DNA of 64,000 bases. It comes from Carcharhinus longimanus. Lineage: Eukaryota. Shown here piece after piece: positions 51,594 through 64,000 of this stretch. The notes under the pieces were generated by a model that did no database searches, had not been told where the DNA came from, and saw nothing but the letters and a program-made list of their open reading frames with translations. The stretch spans positions 44,728,278 through 44,792,277 of the forward strand of contig JASCQW010000098.1 of assembly GCA_030264375.1 (NCBI GenBank), given 5' to 3'. The position numbers were made by a program, and so were the translations under genes. The number at the start of each line of letters is the position of its first letter. Position 1 is the stretch's first letter.

Positions 51594-52749
51594 TCCTAAA
51601 AGGCCTCCTAACTCCTCTCTGTCAAGCATCATGCTCCTATAAAATCTAAAACACTTGCAAAACCTGCCCAATAACACAGAACATAAAGCTTTCACTAACG
51701 CTACACGTGCAAATGGAAAGCAAGAAGCACCTCATCTGGCAGTTGGATGGCTGGTCTATTAGATAATGTTAGTGGGGTGGGGAGGGGTCTCTTGCACAGG
51801 GGTGTTTAATTGAGAGGGGTCCCTTATATAGGGTGTGTAAATGGGAAGGTCCCTTGCACAGGGCTGTGTAAGTGAGCAGGGGTCTCTTGTACAGGAGTGT
51901 GTAAGTAGGAGTCCCTTGTGTAGGGATATTTAAGTGAAAGGGTCCCTTGCACAGTGACCCCTTTGCTTACACATTCCTGTGCAATGCTCCCCCCCACTTA
52001 CATATCCCTGTGCAAGGAACCCCCTCACTTAGACGCCCCTGTGCAAGGCATCCCTGTACCTACACACTGCTGTGCAATGCTCCCCCCCACCTACACACCC
52101 CTGTGCAAGGCTCCTCCCCACCTACACACCCCTGTGCAAGGCTCCTCCCCACCTACACACCCCTGTGCAATGCTCCCCCCGACCTACACACCCCTGTGNN
52201 NNNNNNNNNNNNNNNNNNNNNNNNNNNNNNNNNNNNNNNNNNNNNNNNNNNNNNNNNNNNNNNNNNNNNNNNNNNNNNNNNNNNNNNNNNNNNNNNNNAA
52301 CCCCCTTACCCATATATCCCAGCACAAGGGACCCCCCTTCAATTACACACCCCTGTGCAAGAGACCCCCCACTTACACAGGCCTGTGCAAGGGCCCCCCC
52401 CCCTTCATTTACACACCCCTGATCAAGGGACCCCCTTCACTTACACACCGTTCTTCATGGGACCCCCCCTTCACTTACACACCCCTGATCAAGGGATTCC
52501 CCCCTTCACTTACACACCCTTGTTCATGGGATCTCCCACTTTATTTACGCACCCCTGTGCAAGAGACCCCACTAACACTATTTAATAGGCCAGCCATCCA
52601 AGCTCCAGATAAGATGCTTCTTGCCTTCCATTTGCAGGTATAGGGTTAGTGAAAGGTTTATGTTCAGTGTTATCGGATAGGTTTTGCAAATGTTTTAGAT
52701 TTGTAGGAGTGTGGTGTTTGACAGAGAGGAGTTGGGAGGCCTTTTAGGA
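51594..52749. mobile_element. Fold-back element: ~185-bp unique inverted arms enclosing head-to-head minisatellite arrays
   Basis: 51594-~51778 is the reverse complement of ~52568-52749. The inner array is inverted at 51785-51950 and forward from ~51955. Contains a gap. Confidence 0.85.
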
Positions 52750-54334
52750 AAAAGTCTTCAATAATGAGGGTTATGTTTGGAGACCCTATTGGTTTTCAGC
52801 ATGTATCAGAAATGGGGCACAGACATCTGAGGAGAGGAAGTGTGCAGAAAGAGGAAGAAGGGAGGGGGCAACCAGGACCTTTCCCTCTGGATGAGCTGTG
52901 TGTGAGCGAAGGGATAAGGTGTCGAAAGTAAGAGGTTAATACTTACACAATATGCAGCTGTACTTAATGCTAGTTGGTAATGTACTGTTGGCCCATCACA
53001 GCGAGCAACTTTGAGAGGGCTCAGGAAATGCAAACATCCCTGTTCTCCATTCTCTGTGTTTTCCTCCTTTCTATTGTAAGCCATCTTGTGCTGAAGAGAG
53101 AGGGAAGACTATCAGTAAGTGTATAACACCTCCCTGCATAGCTGAGATACATGGAAGCAGGGAGAGGTGAGTGTGAAACTGGCATTATTGGCATGTTGTG
53201 AGGGTAAGATGGAGCATTCAAATGTTTAACTAAGGCCTGATTGCTGATGGGTGAGTGATGGGTTGTGCTGCATTGAACAGTTTGAAAGTTTGGTGGTGTA
53301 GCGTCATATGGAGATCCCATTCCTTGATCTTTACTACAGGTATAAGGTCACTGAACTGTGCAGTTCACTGTTGCCAGGTCTCAATGTTATATTTCAAGAT
53401 CTAAGTCCCCGGCCATCTGCACCCATTCTCTTCTCATGGTGTGCTGTGAGGCTTTCTGTCCTTCTTGTGAAATCCTGCTTCTTTCATCCTTTCCATCCCC
53501 ATCATTAATGCCTTTAGTGCCACTTCAGAAATCCTGGGAGACTCTTCCAGGCCGTGTGGCAAATCCTAGTCTTGGCTGCATGCTGAAAGTTTGTTATGTG
53601 AAGCCTCCTTCCCATACCACCCGTAACAGTGAACAATTCAACCAGGAATGAATAACAATTCCCTGTGTCCAGTGCTGCTGGGGTACAAACGATAGGAAGA
53701 AGTCAGATGACATATTTGTTCGTTTGTATATTCTCATATTGCTAGCTGCATATGTTTGATGTGTCCTCTGTCACTTCAGTAAGTAATTCCAGAAATATTG
53801 GTGGGTGAGTGGGCAGCCAGTAGATCAACTCCCAATGCATATCCCAGCTTAATGATACTTAAATGGAAAATCCAGGCCGGAACTTAAAGGAACCTATTCT
53901 CAGTTTGCAACAATACATTTTTGGAGTAGATCCCTTTTTGTTATACAAGAGAGATCTCTCTTTCTCACACTTAATAGAATAATCATTTCCATTGTATGAT
54001 TATCAAATTTGGCCTTTTGAAGGCTTGCTATTTATTTTTTTGGAGTGTAAATTGCAAGACTGGTCTCTCTCGTGCAGATGCCTTCTTATCCTATTGATTT
54101 GTTCTCTGTTTTAACCGTTACTGACACTGCACAAGTCAGCCCACTCATACAGACGTCCATACCATGTTTTATACTTGAAGAAATAGAAGGGAATAACAAG
54201 CAGGCAAGAACCCTTTCATTAATTTTTAGATAAACAGTTCCCAATCAACAGCAGTTTCTAATCTACAATTAACAAAGATAATCATGTCCCGTTGTATTTC
54301 TTCTTTGAAAAGAAGTATATTACACATTAACATT

Positions 54335-54740
54335 AAATACTGCAGATGTTAGAAAACTGAAATAAAAACAGAAAATGCTAGAAATACTCAACAGATCAGG
54401 TAGCGTTGGTGGTGAGTGAAATAAAGTTGACTTTTCAGGTCAATGACCATCCATCAGAAGTGGAAACGCTTAGTGATGTATCAGCTTTAAAACAGGTGCA
54501 GAAGCAGGGAAAAGAAGGAACGAAGGAAAGATCAAAAGGGAAGGTCTGTGATAGGGTGGAAGACAGGAGAGATTAAATGGCAAAAGCGGATGCAACAAAT
54601 AAACTGGAGGAGGTGCAAATGGCAATGGAAACAACTATTGTGCAAAATCAAATTGGAGTAATTGTTGTGTCCTGAAATTGTTGAACACAATGTTGAGCCT
54701 GGAAGGCCCTAAAAAACTTCATCAAAAGATGAGGGGCTGG
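54335..54740 (-). mobile_element. Penelope-like element end plus adjacent body
   Basis: aaatactgcagatg...cagaaaatgct.gaaatactca.cag.tcagg. Minus strand reads ctgatgg-atggtc-att-gacc-tgaaaa. Confidence 0.65.
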
Positions 54741-55029
54741 ATTATCACCACGTCAGGTGATTTGGTAACCCTTTAAAAATTGCAGCTGGATCCCAATTCC
54801 AGAATTCCAGACCTCATTCCTGAAGTTTCTGATTTTTAACAGATCCTTAAAAGATGTGTGCTGGTTTGGGTCAGAAGCGCTTCAGATCTGGCTGGTTCTT
54901 TTGCAGGATTAGGCATGTCCTGATCCTCTGTAATTTTCACGGAGTTGAACCAATCTTTCAAAGAGTCATGTTTCATGGCACCTGAGAGACATTGTGAACC
55001 AACATCTGTGTGAAGGAATGTCAGCAAAG

Positions 55030-55620
55030 TTTAAGGCAATCAGGCAGTGTCAACATGGTTTTGTGAAAGAAAAATCATATCTAACTGATTTATTAGAGTT
55101 TGTTAAAGGAGTCACATGTTATGGATAAACTGTGGATATTCTGCACTTAGATTTCCAGAAGGTAGCTGATAAGATGCCACATCAAAGGCTACTGCAGTAA
55201 ACAAAAGGTGTAGGGGGCAACATATTGGTATGGATAGAAGATTGGCAAACTAACAAGAAACGGAAGGTAACCAAAAGTGGGTCATTTTTTGGTTGGCAGT
55301 TTATAACTCGTGGTGTGCCACAAGGACCAGTGCTTCAACCTTTTACAATTTATATAAATGAATTGGACTGCTGCTTCAAGCAGCAGGGACCCAGGTTCAA
55401 TTCCCAGCTTGGGTGACTGTCTCTGTGGCGCCTGCATGTTCTCCCTATATCTGTATGGGTTTCCTTCAGGTGCTCCGGGTTTCTCCCACAGTCCAGAAGG
55501 CATGCAGGTTAGGTGCATTAGCCACGCTAAATTCTCCCTCAATGTACCCGAACAGCTGCCGGAGTGTGGCAAGTAGGGACTTTTCACAGTAGCTTCAATG
55601 CAGTTTTTATGTAAGCCTGG
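55030..55620 (+). mobile_element. CR1 RT fragment (55030-55365) followed by V-SINE (55368-55620)
   Basis: QHGFVK.KS.LT.LLEF and GVPQG.VL..FTIYINELD, then SINE head and V-domain. Confidence 0.8.
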
Positions 55621-55717
55621 GCATGGAGTGTGTAAGGACAAAGGATGTGGGTAGGAACATGGGTGCGGTGAGCCAGGAGATTTCTCACCTTGTGCTAACT
55701 AACACAGGAATGAAAAT

Positions 55718-55835
55718 CAAGGGCCAGACTTTTCCGGTCGTTTACACCCTGCTGCCACTGCAAATAAGGACAGAGAATTCGGTGCTCAGCCAAATCTCCA
55801 TTCACTGCAACAGCACCAGAGAATCCGGAAAATAT
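55718..55835. mobile_element. Short MITE-like repeat, second copy at 57258-57380
   Basis: Shared ggtgctcagccaaatctccattcactgca.cag.accagagaatcc. Confidence 0.7.
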
Positions 55836-57008
55836 TGCCAAAGATGGTTAAACAGATGCAAAAACCATGGACAGAATTTAAGAGATTGGTTGTGGGGGTG
55901 GAAGATCTTAATGGAGAGGCTGTGAGTGTTGGTGGTGGGGAGCGGGGGTTGCAGAGAAGATCTTGGGGAGTCCATTGAGGGAAACCACCCTTGAGTCCTC
56001 ACCCACTTTCACAAAACCGAGGACAGATGGGAGGGTGAAGGGAAGGTCAGCCAATTTTTAAGAGCCCTTAGAATCCCACTCACATCATCTACTTGAATGG
56101 TGAACCAAGCTAGAGGAATTGAGTGATCTTGGCCTGTTCTTATGCTCTCATTTCTTAAGCCATAAATATCTGTAGGAAAAGAAGTACTTATGCACTTTTA
56201 GGAAAAATGTCCAAATCGCACTCTCTCCTGAGTGACACATATTTGCTCAGTAACCACGTCATATCCCATTCAATAACTTCACTCATTGTAGGTAGCAGAA
56301 TGCCATCCAGGAATGTCTAAAAATGCCACATCATTGATTCAGCAGTAATCACAGAAAACTCCTTATTGGTGTACATTATTTAATATATCTCACGTGCATA
56401 ATGTTAAACAAATTTGTAATAGGAATGTCATTATAGGTTTAATTTCAAGCCTACATTTCAGAAGGACTGTCTTGTTCTCAGCCAATGTCTATCATGAGCT
56501 CAGGAGTGCACAGCACATAATTTCCCAACCCTCTAAGTTAATGGAGGGAAAATTGTGCTCAGGGATGCCTCAATTTCCAAAAGATGCTGCGAATGGGTGA
56601 AATTCCTTGCTAAGAGTTCCAAATTGGAAAAATGACCCTTTATCAGCAGATAATATTGAAAGAGTGTTTCTCAACTTTAGCACAAGGAAAAATACATCCT
56701 TCAATTTCTCAGCAACAAGGTGCAGCTAAAAATAAAATCTACTAAAACGCAAGCTACTGAGCTTCTCACATGGCATGGATTTCCCCCTGCCACTGGTAAA
56801 ATATCATATTTGGTCACTTAAGGGACACACTTAAACATCTTCCCTGCCACCCACAAAATTTCAGACATTGAGGCAGGGAGGTAGTGGCGAGGCCTGTCTG
56901 CTGGATTTTATGAACCTCCATTTTCAAACCTGCCAGCAGGGAAATGTAAAACCTGGCCCATCATTTTTCTCTGGAAGATTTATGTAGAGATTGGCATTTG
57001 TTTTTCAG

Positions 57009-57166
57009 TTCCCTTGGAAGGCCTCAAAAGCCAATCCTACTTTGAAGAGATGCGGAGAGACTACATTAGAGAGCTAAGTAGAGCCATTAACTTGCAGGAG
57101 AAAGGTGCACAGAGCAACTCTCAACGTCTTTACCAGCTCACTAAACTCATGGATTCAATGCATGAA
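57009..57166 (+). CDS. pgr: Progesterone receptor LBD exon (exon 7 equivalent)
   Basis: tttttcag acceptor, gtaggt donor, 158 bp. Translates [53 protein letters not shown]. Confidence 0.96.
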
Positions 57167-58783
57167 GTAGGTGTGATTGTTTAATGAGATATGTATTGAA
57201 TAGATTCCGTTTTTACTAGCTTTGGTCAGTAATGATTATTATCTTGGTGTCACACCCAGACCGGAATTCTCCGGCCATTCATGCCCCATCGCTGCTGCAA
57301 GTGAGAACGGAAAATTTGGTGCTCAGCCAAATCTCCATTCACTGCAGCAGGACCAGAGAATCCCAGCTGTGGGTGAGGTCAGAGATCCTGGTCCATATGT
57401 TGAATCAATTCATCAATGAACTTCACCAACTGATCTTAAACACAAGGTCCGTCTCTCTGTCAGTCAATATACAGCGTTGTTTCCAAAGGGAGAGATGCTA
57501 GCTGCATCAGAGATATGAATGCATCTAAATTCTCTATGAATATATAAATGAGCTGTCTTTTTTTCTCGTCCAAAATTGATGACAATGGCCTCATTCACCC
57601 CAAGATTGGAAAATCCCACCTGAGATCAATGGATCTTTGCATGGCCTGTGTCCCGCGCACTACGATTACCATAGTGAGCAGTGTGGGAAAATTCAGCCCA
57701 TTGAGTGCTTACTAGGCTATTGTTCCAAGAACAGCAGTCAACTTCTGGCACCTCAGCCATTGTTAATATGTGACTCTGCATTGTCAGCAGGCTGTTTAAC
57801 CTCAGGAAAATCATAGAGAAGCCCTATGCAGTCCTAGCCTGAAGTCTATACACCCATCCTTTCAACAGGAATCATCACTGGATAGCAGTTAAGAATGTGG
57901 GAATCTGAAATAGTTTTCCATTCTCTCATTCAGTAGCACTGAGGCCATTGTAGCCCTCTTAGTACCAGGCTGATTGAGATCAACAGCTACCACACCAGTT
58001 GAGGATTGAATGAGGGACCTTTCTATTCTAATGTGGCTCAGCTACTTATTTGCTTTGTCATTTTGCATATTAGAAAAAGAGTGTTATGTCAAATTAATTT
58101 TTCCTTTAAATATTCATCATAATTTCTCACATAATTTCTACCATGTAAGTTAAAGGGTAGAGTGGGCTAAATTGCCCCATCTTTTTATACGTTCTNNNNN
58201 NNNNNNNNNNNNNNNNNNNNNNNNNNNNNNNNNNNNNNNNNNNNNNNNNNNNNNNNNNNNNNNNNNNNNNNNNNNNNNNNNNNNNNNNNNNNNNNAAAAC
58301 AAAGAAAGAACAAAGAACATCCCAGCTTGGGAAACAGGCCCTCCGGCCCAACGAGCCCGCGCCGCCGCATCTTCCCACACCTACCCCGCCCTGTGTGGAG
58401 TGATGTAGTGATGATGTAGTGGCAGCCTGAAAGCTAGGCTTTTGTGGAGAAGCACTTCTTCCATGACAATTGTACCCTTCATTCTTTATTGAAAGAAATA
58501 AGATCAGAAATAACTGATGCTGGATGCCAGCTAGCAAAATGCTTAACACGTTCGTATGACATTTCCTTTGCTCATTACCATGGAGGGAGATTTAAAATAA
58601 AGGATTGATGTTTGCAGTTAAATTGTGGGATTGGCCTCAGAATATATGACCATCACCAAATAATTTCTGGCCGTGATCTGTTTATGTCAATTGGTATGTG
58701 ATAGAGAGCATTCGGAATATTGAAGCTTAACAGGTAAAGAAAGCACATTGGAATTGGTAACTCTAGTTTTTTCTTTCCAATAG

Positions 58784-58939
58784 CTTGTCAAGCAACTACA
58801 TCAGTTCTGCTTGAATACCTTTGTTCAGTCCCAGGCACTGAGTGTGGAGTTTCCGGAGATGATGTCAGAGATTATAACAACGCAGTTACCCAAGATCCTG
58901 GCTGGGCTGGTAAAGCCATTGCTCTTTCACAAGAAATAA
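58784..58939 (+). CDS. pgr: Progesterone receptor terminal coding exon (exon 8 equivalent, AF-2 helix and stop)
   Basis: ttctttccaatag acceptor. Translates [56 protein letters not shown] and VKPLLFHKK are diagnostic of PR. Confidence 0.97.
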   Translation, partial: LVKQLHQFCLNTFVQSQALSVEFPEMMSEIITTQLPKILAGLVKPLLFHKK

Positions 58940-61900
58940 GTAAATTTCTCTCTTTGTTGTGCCTGGCTGCATTGATTCACAGGCAGCGTTTTGTTTTGCA
59001 TTAAGCAAGTTGATAGCTTTATTCTATTTTTGTGACCATGACAGTACCGCGAATGAAGATTGTTTTCAAATTTATTACAGAAGAATTAGCAATGCTGTTT
59101 GGCATACAGTTATAGTGGAAGTCCATTGCCATAGCTGCACTATATGTTTTATAAGCAATGAAATGTGAATTTAGTCTTGTTGTTTAATGTGTAACTTCCG
59201 GATGAAAATGATTTTGTATCTTTTGGTACTTCTGGCATTTTGTAACTTTCAAAGTTATGTAAAATTTCTGCATCTGTTATAATATTAAACAGAAATGCTT
59301 ATGCTCTTCAGTTTGAAAGCTGCAGAACCCACAAAATTTCTTTATTCATCACGTGCCATAAATTATACCAGCCTTTTAATGTAGTTATTTAAGTGATTCT
59401 CGTGACCATCCTTTACAATGTCCAATCCGTAAACCTCTCCTATCCTTGATTTCCTTTTCTTCTGCCACAGTCATCAGTTTAATTGGATCAATTATACTGG
59501 GTGTGTTATATTGGGTATGTTGTATTGGGTGCATTGTACCGAGTCAGTTATATTGGATGCATTGTATTGGGTCAGTTACATTGGGTGCATTGTATTGGGT
59601 CAGTTACATTGGGTGCATTGTATTGGGTCAGTTATATTGGGTGCATTGTACTGGGTGAGTTGGATTGGCTTCATTGTATTCGGTGCATAGTTTTGGGTCA
59701 GTTATTATGGGTGCTGCTTCAAAGAGAAGGTAAACATTACAAAAATGACTGCTTCATGAGTTTTTTGTTTTTAATGTAACATATTCAGTATGTACATAAT
59801 TTGGGAACTTGGAGGTTGCCCTGACATTTGAAAGTCTGCATTGACTATAAGAAACCTTTATCTGCCTTCGACAGTTACCCTCGATTTTCATTCAAGCAAG
59901 AGTGGGCAACATGCAGATTTGCACTGTTGATAAGGGCGATCAAGTAAACAGAGATTCTGACGTGCTTCAAGTCAGGGTGGCTACATCTAAATATCTACAC
60001 ATCAATAGCTACAAAAATAAGGCACTTGTATTGATTTCAGTTCTTGGATGGAATTTTATGGCCCTGTGGTGATGGAGGTGGGGCCAGAAATGCGTCGAGT
60101 CATTTAAAGGTCCGTTGACTTTGATGTGACTGAATAGCCCCCCATCGAGTAAGGTCATAAAATTCTGCACATCATGTTTGTAAATCCCAAATTGGAGCTT
60201 TTAATGGGTCTTTGAGAACACAATGTGGTAGCCCTGTACTTTCCTAAATATCTTTCTTTCTTAAATCAGGCCAAGGAGGTTAAATTGGTTAATCCTAGTC
60301 CCATAAAAGACAACTGACTGCTAAAATGGCATTTTACATTTCCTTACAGTTTCTTTATAAGCTACTCTTCCCTGCTGTCTTTCTCAGATAATCACCATTA
60401 ATGGTCTTAGACTGAGAACCAATAAGTAAGTGCAGCCATTTGAAACAAACCNNNNNNNNNNTGAGAATAATGGAAATGCAGAGGAAAAACTGAAAGCAAC
60501 ACAAACCAAGTGTTACAGAACCCTCCTGGGTGGTGTTCAAAACTCTTAATGTTGTCCCTCAAACTAGATGCTTCTGAGAGGGGTACATTAGTTAGTGATT
60601 GTGGAGACAGTTCAATCCCAGTTCACAAGTGTTTGCTGCCTGGAAGTAAGAAGTGTTGCAGATGCAGCATTAGTTCAGTTTGAGCTCTTTCAGCCTGAAT
60701 CTAACCCTAGTTCAAATACACACCCAAACATCACATTGTGATGTGGAAACCATGAAACCTGTGTAACTCCTAGTGAAAAAGATTCCCAATGTGATTTCAG
60801 GATGAAGGACTTGACTTTCCTGCATGCTATGACGTGTGTCCTGAGCTCCTTCTAGACATTGCTTGGTGAGAGGTTTAAACTGACCTCAGTTGTGGTTGCA
60901 ATACTATTATTGGAGATATAAGAAGCAAATGAGTGCTCAGTTGTACTTTGAGCATACTGCAAAACAAGATGTGATTTAAAAGGCCCATTACTTTTTGACT
61001 ACCAAGAAAGTGACATTACAGAGAATGTAGTGGCAGGTTTCCCTCAGCAGAAATAGGCACACTCTATCCCACAACATAGTGGCAATTTTCAGGAAGTAGG
61101 ATCAAGGAACAAAAAGCACCACATGAATTTTACCATGTTTTAGCAGGGCCTTCTCCATGAGGAGCTTAATTACTGTTCAAGTTAGATCCGCTTTCTTGAC
61201 CAACTTTTCCACGTAGATATCGCAGAAAAGAAATGAATGGTTGCCAAGTTAATGAATAAGGCCTGGGAAATTGGATCTTAATTTCTCCCCATATCCTCTG
61301 TGACAGCCAAACATACAGGACAAAACAAATTGTGTCATTGATTCAATCTTCAAAAACAGTCAAGTTAATGAGTACCACAGGGTAACATTCGGGGTATTTC
61401 AGGGGAAATGGTACTGTCTACATTCAAATACTGTTAAGTCGAGTATCCATTCCTCGGTTTACCTCTTTTCTGCCTTGTTCATTGTGAATCTTTCAATATA
61501 AGGTGGTCATAACTCAATGACTAGCCCTGAGACCTCGTAGTCAGCCACTTGCAATTCATAATAAATCCCCAGGTTATAGGATGGTGTTTTATATTAATGT
61601 TCCAAGGAAATATCAGGATGTAAGGAGCTCATTTTGAAATCACAGAAAGGGGTTCCTTCAGGCTAAGCTCTTTTTAAGATTCAGTTGACCTGATTAATTT
61701 TGTGAAACAACATTAAGATGAGCCACATTTACATGTCAGGCCAAGGTTCACTTCTCTGATAGTTCTGGACTAAGTTGTCTCATTTTAGTTGGAAAGGTGA
61801 TAGGGATGCTGCAGTTGATCTCTCCACTCCTAATCTAGTTAAAAGGTCTAAGATAGGGATTGTGATTTGGTAGTCCTTCCTTTGAAATGCCCTTACATGG

Positions 61901-64000
61901 AAATTGGACAAGTCCTGAATTGCTTTGACTGAATTGTCCTTCTCTCAAGTTCACACACTCAAAGTCAAGGCCCAAGAATAATTGTTTGAACAAAGTATCA
62001 GCAGACTAGAGGCTAACTAATGCCTATATTTGCAGTGACCCCACACTAGTAAGAAATAAACACGGAGGGCAATCAAGTGAAAATTGATAACAGAAGCACA
62101 AATTATAATGCTTACAATCCTTATTTGAATTAAAATCCATGTGCACCCATGATGACATCCACGCACTTCTGCAAGGGAATTGCAAAATGTGAGTCTGTAT
62201 TTAAAATGATAACATTCATTTTCAAGAGAAAAGTATTTTAAGATTACAAGATTTTGTGAAGAGAAGTACTGATGTTGTTCAGAATTTCTGAGTCTTGGTC
62301 CCTTGACGGTGGCACATAAATTGTAATACCTCCAAAAAGCTGTCACTGACAGAATTGGTTCAAACTTTATCGCTTCTTCAAATACCTTTTTGTTAGGATA
62401 GTTCTGTAATCCTATTTTGCAAAGATGTGACTGCAGACGTTTAGAGTTTCTTGACCAAGAAGTCCTTAGTAAACAAACAGAATTTGAAAATTTCTTATTT
62501 AAACTGACGTGAAGCTCAGTTTTTCAAAAAGTGGTATCTTGTCATCTAATTATGTCAAATTATCACACGTGTCCTTCATTAACTAATGTTTGTAATTGAT
62601 TTGTCAGTACATTGGAATAGAGTGTTGCTCTTGTTTCTTATTTTGGCTTCTTAAATCAATATTCCTAGTATTCAAACAACACAGTCTAATTTGGTGTGTG
62701 ATTTTTCATCAGTATATTAATATCTTGCTTATGAAACACATGAGCACAGCTTCAAGGGCCAGAGATGGGAGTTTGGCAAAGCTGTAGTCAGCTCTGCTTT
62801 TACATGAGTTTCTCCCTTGTCCATGCAAGGTATCCATAGCACTTACAGTTAACACAATTTTATTTTGGCATAGCGAGAAATTTTATTCAAAGAAAGTCAC
62901 ATTTCACATACCATATATTGCCCTCTTCCACTGATTTATTGAAAATCTGCTGGGAAATAAAGTGGGACTCTATCACTATTGACTTTATTTGGGAATGCTA
63001 TCTGGATTTGAGATTCAGTGCAAATCTGCTCATTTATTGTCATATTTTATCATGTCCAAATGTTCAGAATCTTTGATGTGCATACTATCTCATTTATTGA
63101 ATTTCAATGTTTTAAAATTTTTTCTCATTCTCAGGCTTTTGAATAGATTGACGTTCTTTCAAACGTTTCTGAAATACTATTGCAATAACCTTTTTATGAG
63201 CTGTAGTCATCTGCTACAGCATGGCACATGGAATAGAGTTTCCTCACCCATCCTTATTTATTAAAGCTAAGCAGCATAATCGCATGTTGAATCTCATTTT
63301 GAAATTTTTCATGTGGTCAATGACAAAAAAAAGACAAAAACGTATGAGGTTTCGCTTACAAAATGGAGCAAACCCATTTTACTCAGGTGGCAACTAAGTT
63401 TCTTAAAGGTTTTCGCAATTGACTGGCGTTCATCACGGTATCTGGAGAGTCAAATAATTTTGACTACTAAAATTTAATCATAAGTAATCTAAGCCTGGAG
63501 CTTATCATATGAAATCTCAGCATGTCAAATTCCTTTACTTTTTTCTCATTAGCATAGATTTATGCCTCTATTAAAACAGCAGTAAAAGGGATTTGAACAA
63601 GCTAAGCATTCATATGATAATAACATACAGCAGAATTTTAATTCCTTCACCATTTACTAGATGTTTTTGCACTTTGAAAGCCTTAATTTCAATTTAATTA
63701 ATGCAATAGTTTTGTTTGTACGATATTTGCCTTTAAAGATGTCTGTCATGAAACTGGGCTCCCAGGTGAACTCATGTTCAAACCAACATTGTTAGTGAGC
63801 AGCTTTGAAGGTAAACTTGGACAACAAATGTTACAGCAGTACAGCTGAATAGAGTCTTTTGACTGTTTATATTTATCTGATGAAATACATTTGACTTTAT
63901 AAAAAAGTAAGAAAATAAAAAGCCTTGAACTAAAGAAATGGAAACGTTAACGATTCCAACATGCCAATTTATGCTGCCTCTACTTTCCTTCGTGTACCGT
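58940..64000 (+). other. Probable pgr 3' UTR / downstream region (true end unknown)
   Basis: Follows the stop codon, AT-rich, few recognisable repeats. Candidate polyA signals are ATTAAA 59284 and AATAAA 62055, 62956, 63914. Confidence 0.5.
59483..59712. repeat. 28-bp minisatellite (two related 14-mers) in the presumed 3' UTR
   Basis: Unit attgggtgcattgtattgggtcagttac, about 8 copies. Confidence 0.9.

Noticed and set aside
51947-52643. 212-aa and 229-aa Pro/His/Cys-rich ORFs
   Set aside because: Translations of a stop-poor minisatellite read through Ns.
54437-54449. aggtcaatgacc as an oestrogen response element
   Set aside because: 1-bp spacer rather than 3, and it is the hairpin of the Penelope-type repeat.
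19515-58939. Androgen receptor as alternative identity
   Set aside because: Helix 5 is AR-like, but SYKHV.G, LLNTIPLEGL, CLNTF, LPKILAG and VKPLLFHKK are PR-specific.

Overview
Eukaryotic vertebrate genomic DNA, very probably from a cartilaginous fish (shark), inferred from the repeat content: HE1-type V-SINEs, a DeuSINE relic, abundant CR1 LINEs and Penelope-like ends. It is a gapped draft assembly with many N-runs. The window holds the 3' half of a progesterone receptor gene (pgr/NR3C3) on the + strand. Four ligand-binding-domain exons (equivalent to human exons 5-8; 145, 131, 158 and 156 bp, all GT-AG, frame-compatible) end in ...VKPLLFHKK*, followed by a probable long 3' UTR. None of these exons is recovered in frame by the supplied ORF track, whose ORFs appear to be spurious or transposon remnants. 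The introns are filled with decayed CR1/L2-group LINEs, SINEs, an internally deleted Gypsy LTR element, Harbinger-like relics, minisatellites and two large fold-back inverted repeats. I see no convincing new multi-gene system. The best leads are short Penelope-derived elements with a hammerhead-ribozyme-like core (one fully palindromic), a fold-back element built around a head-to-head minisatellite, a long hairpin next to exon 5, and the AR-like ligand pocket of this PR. Repeat boundaries were read by eye and are approximate, and family names come from recalled consensus motifs, not database searches.
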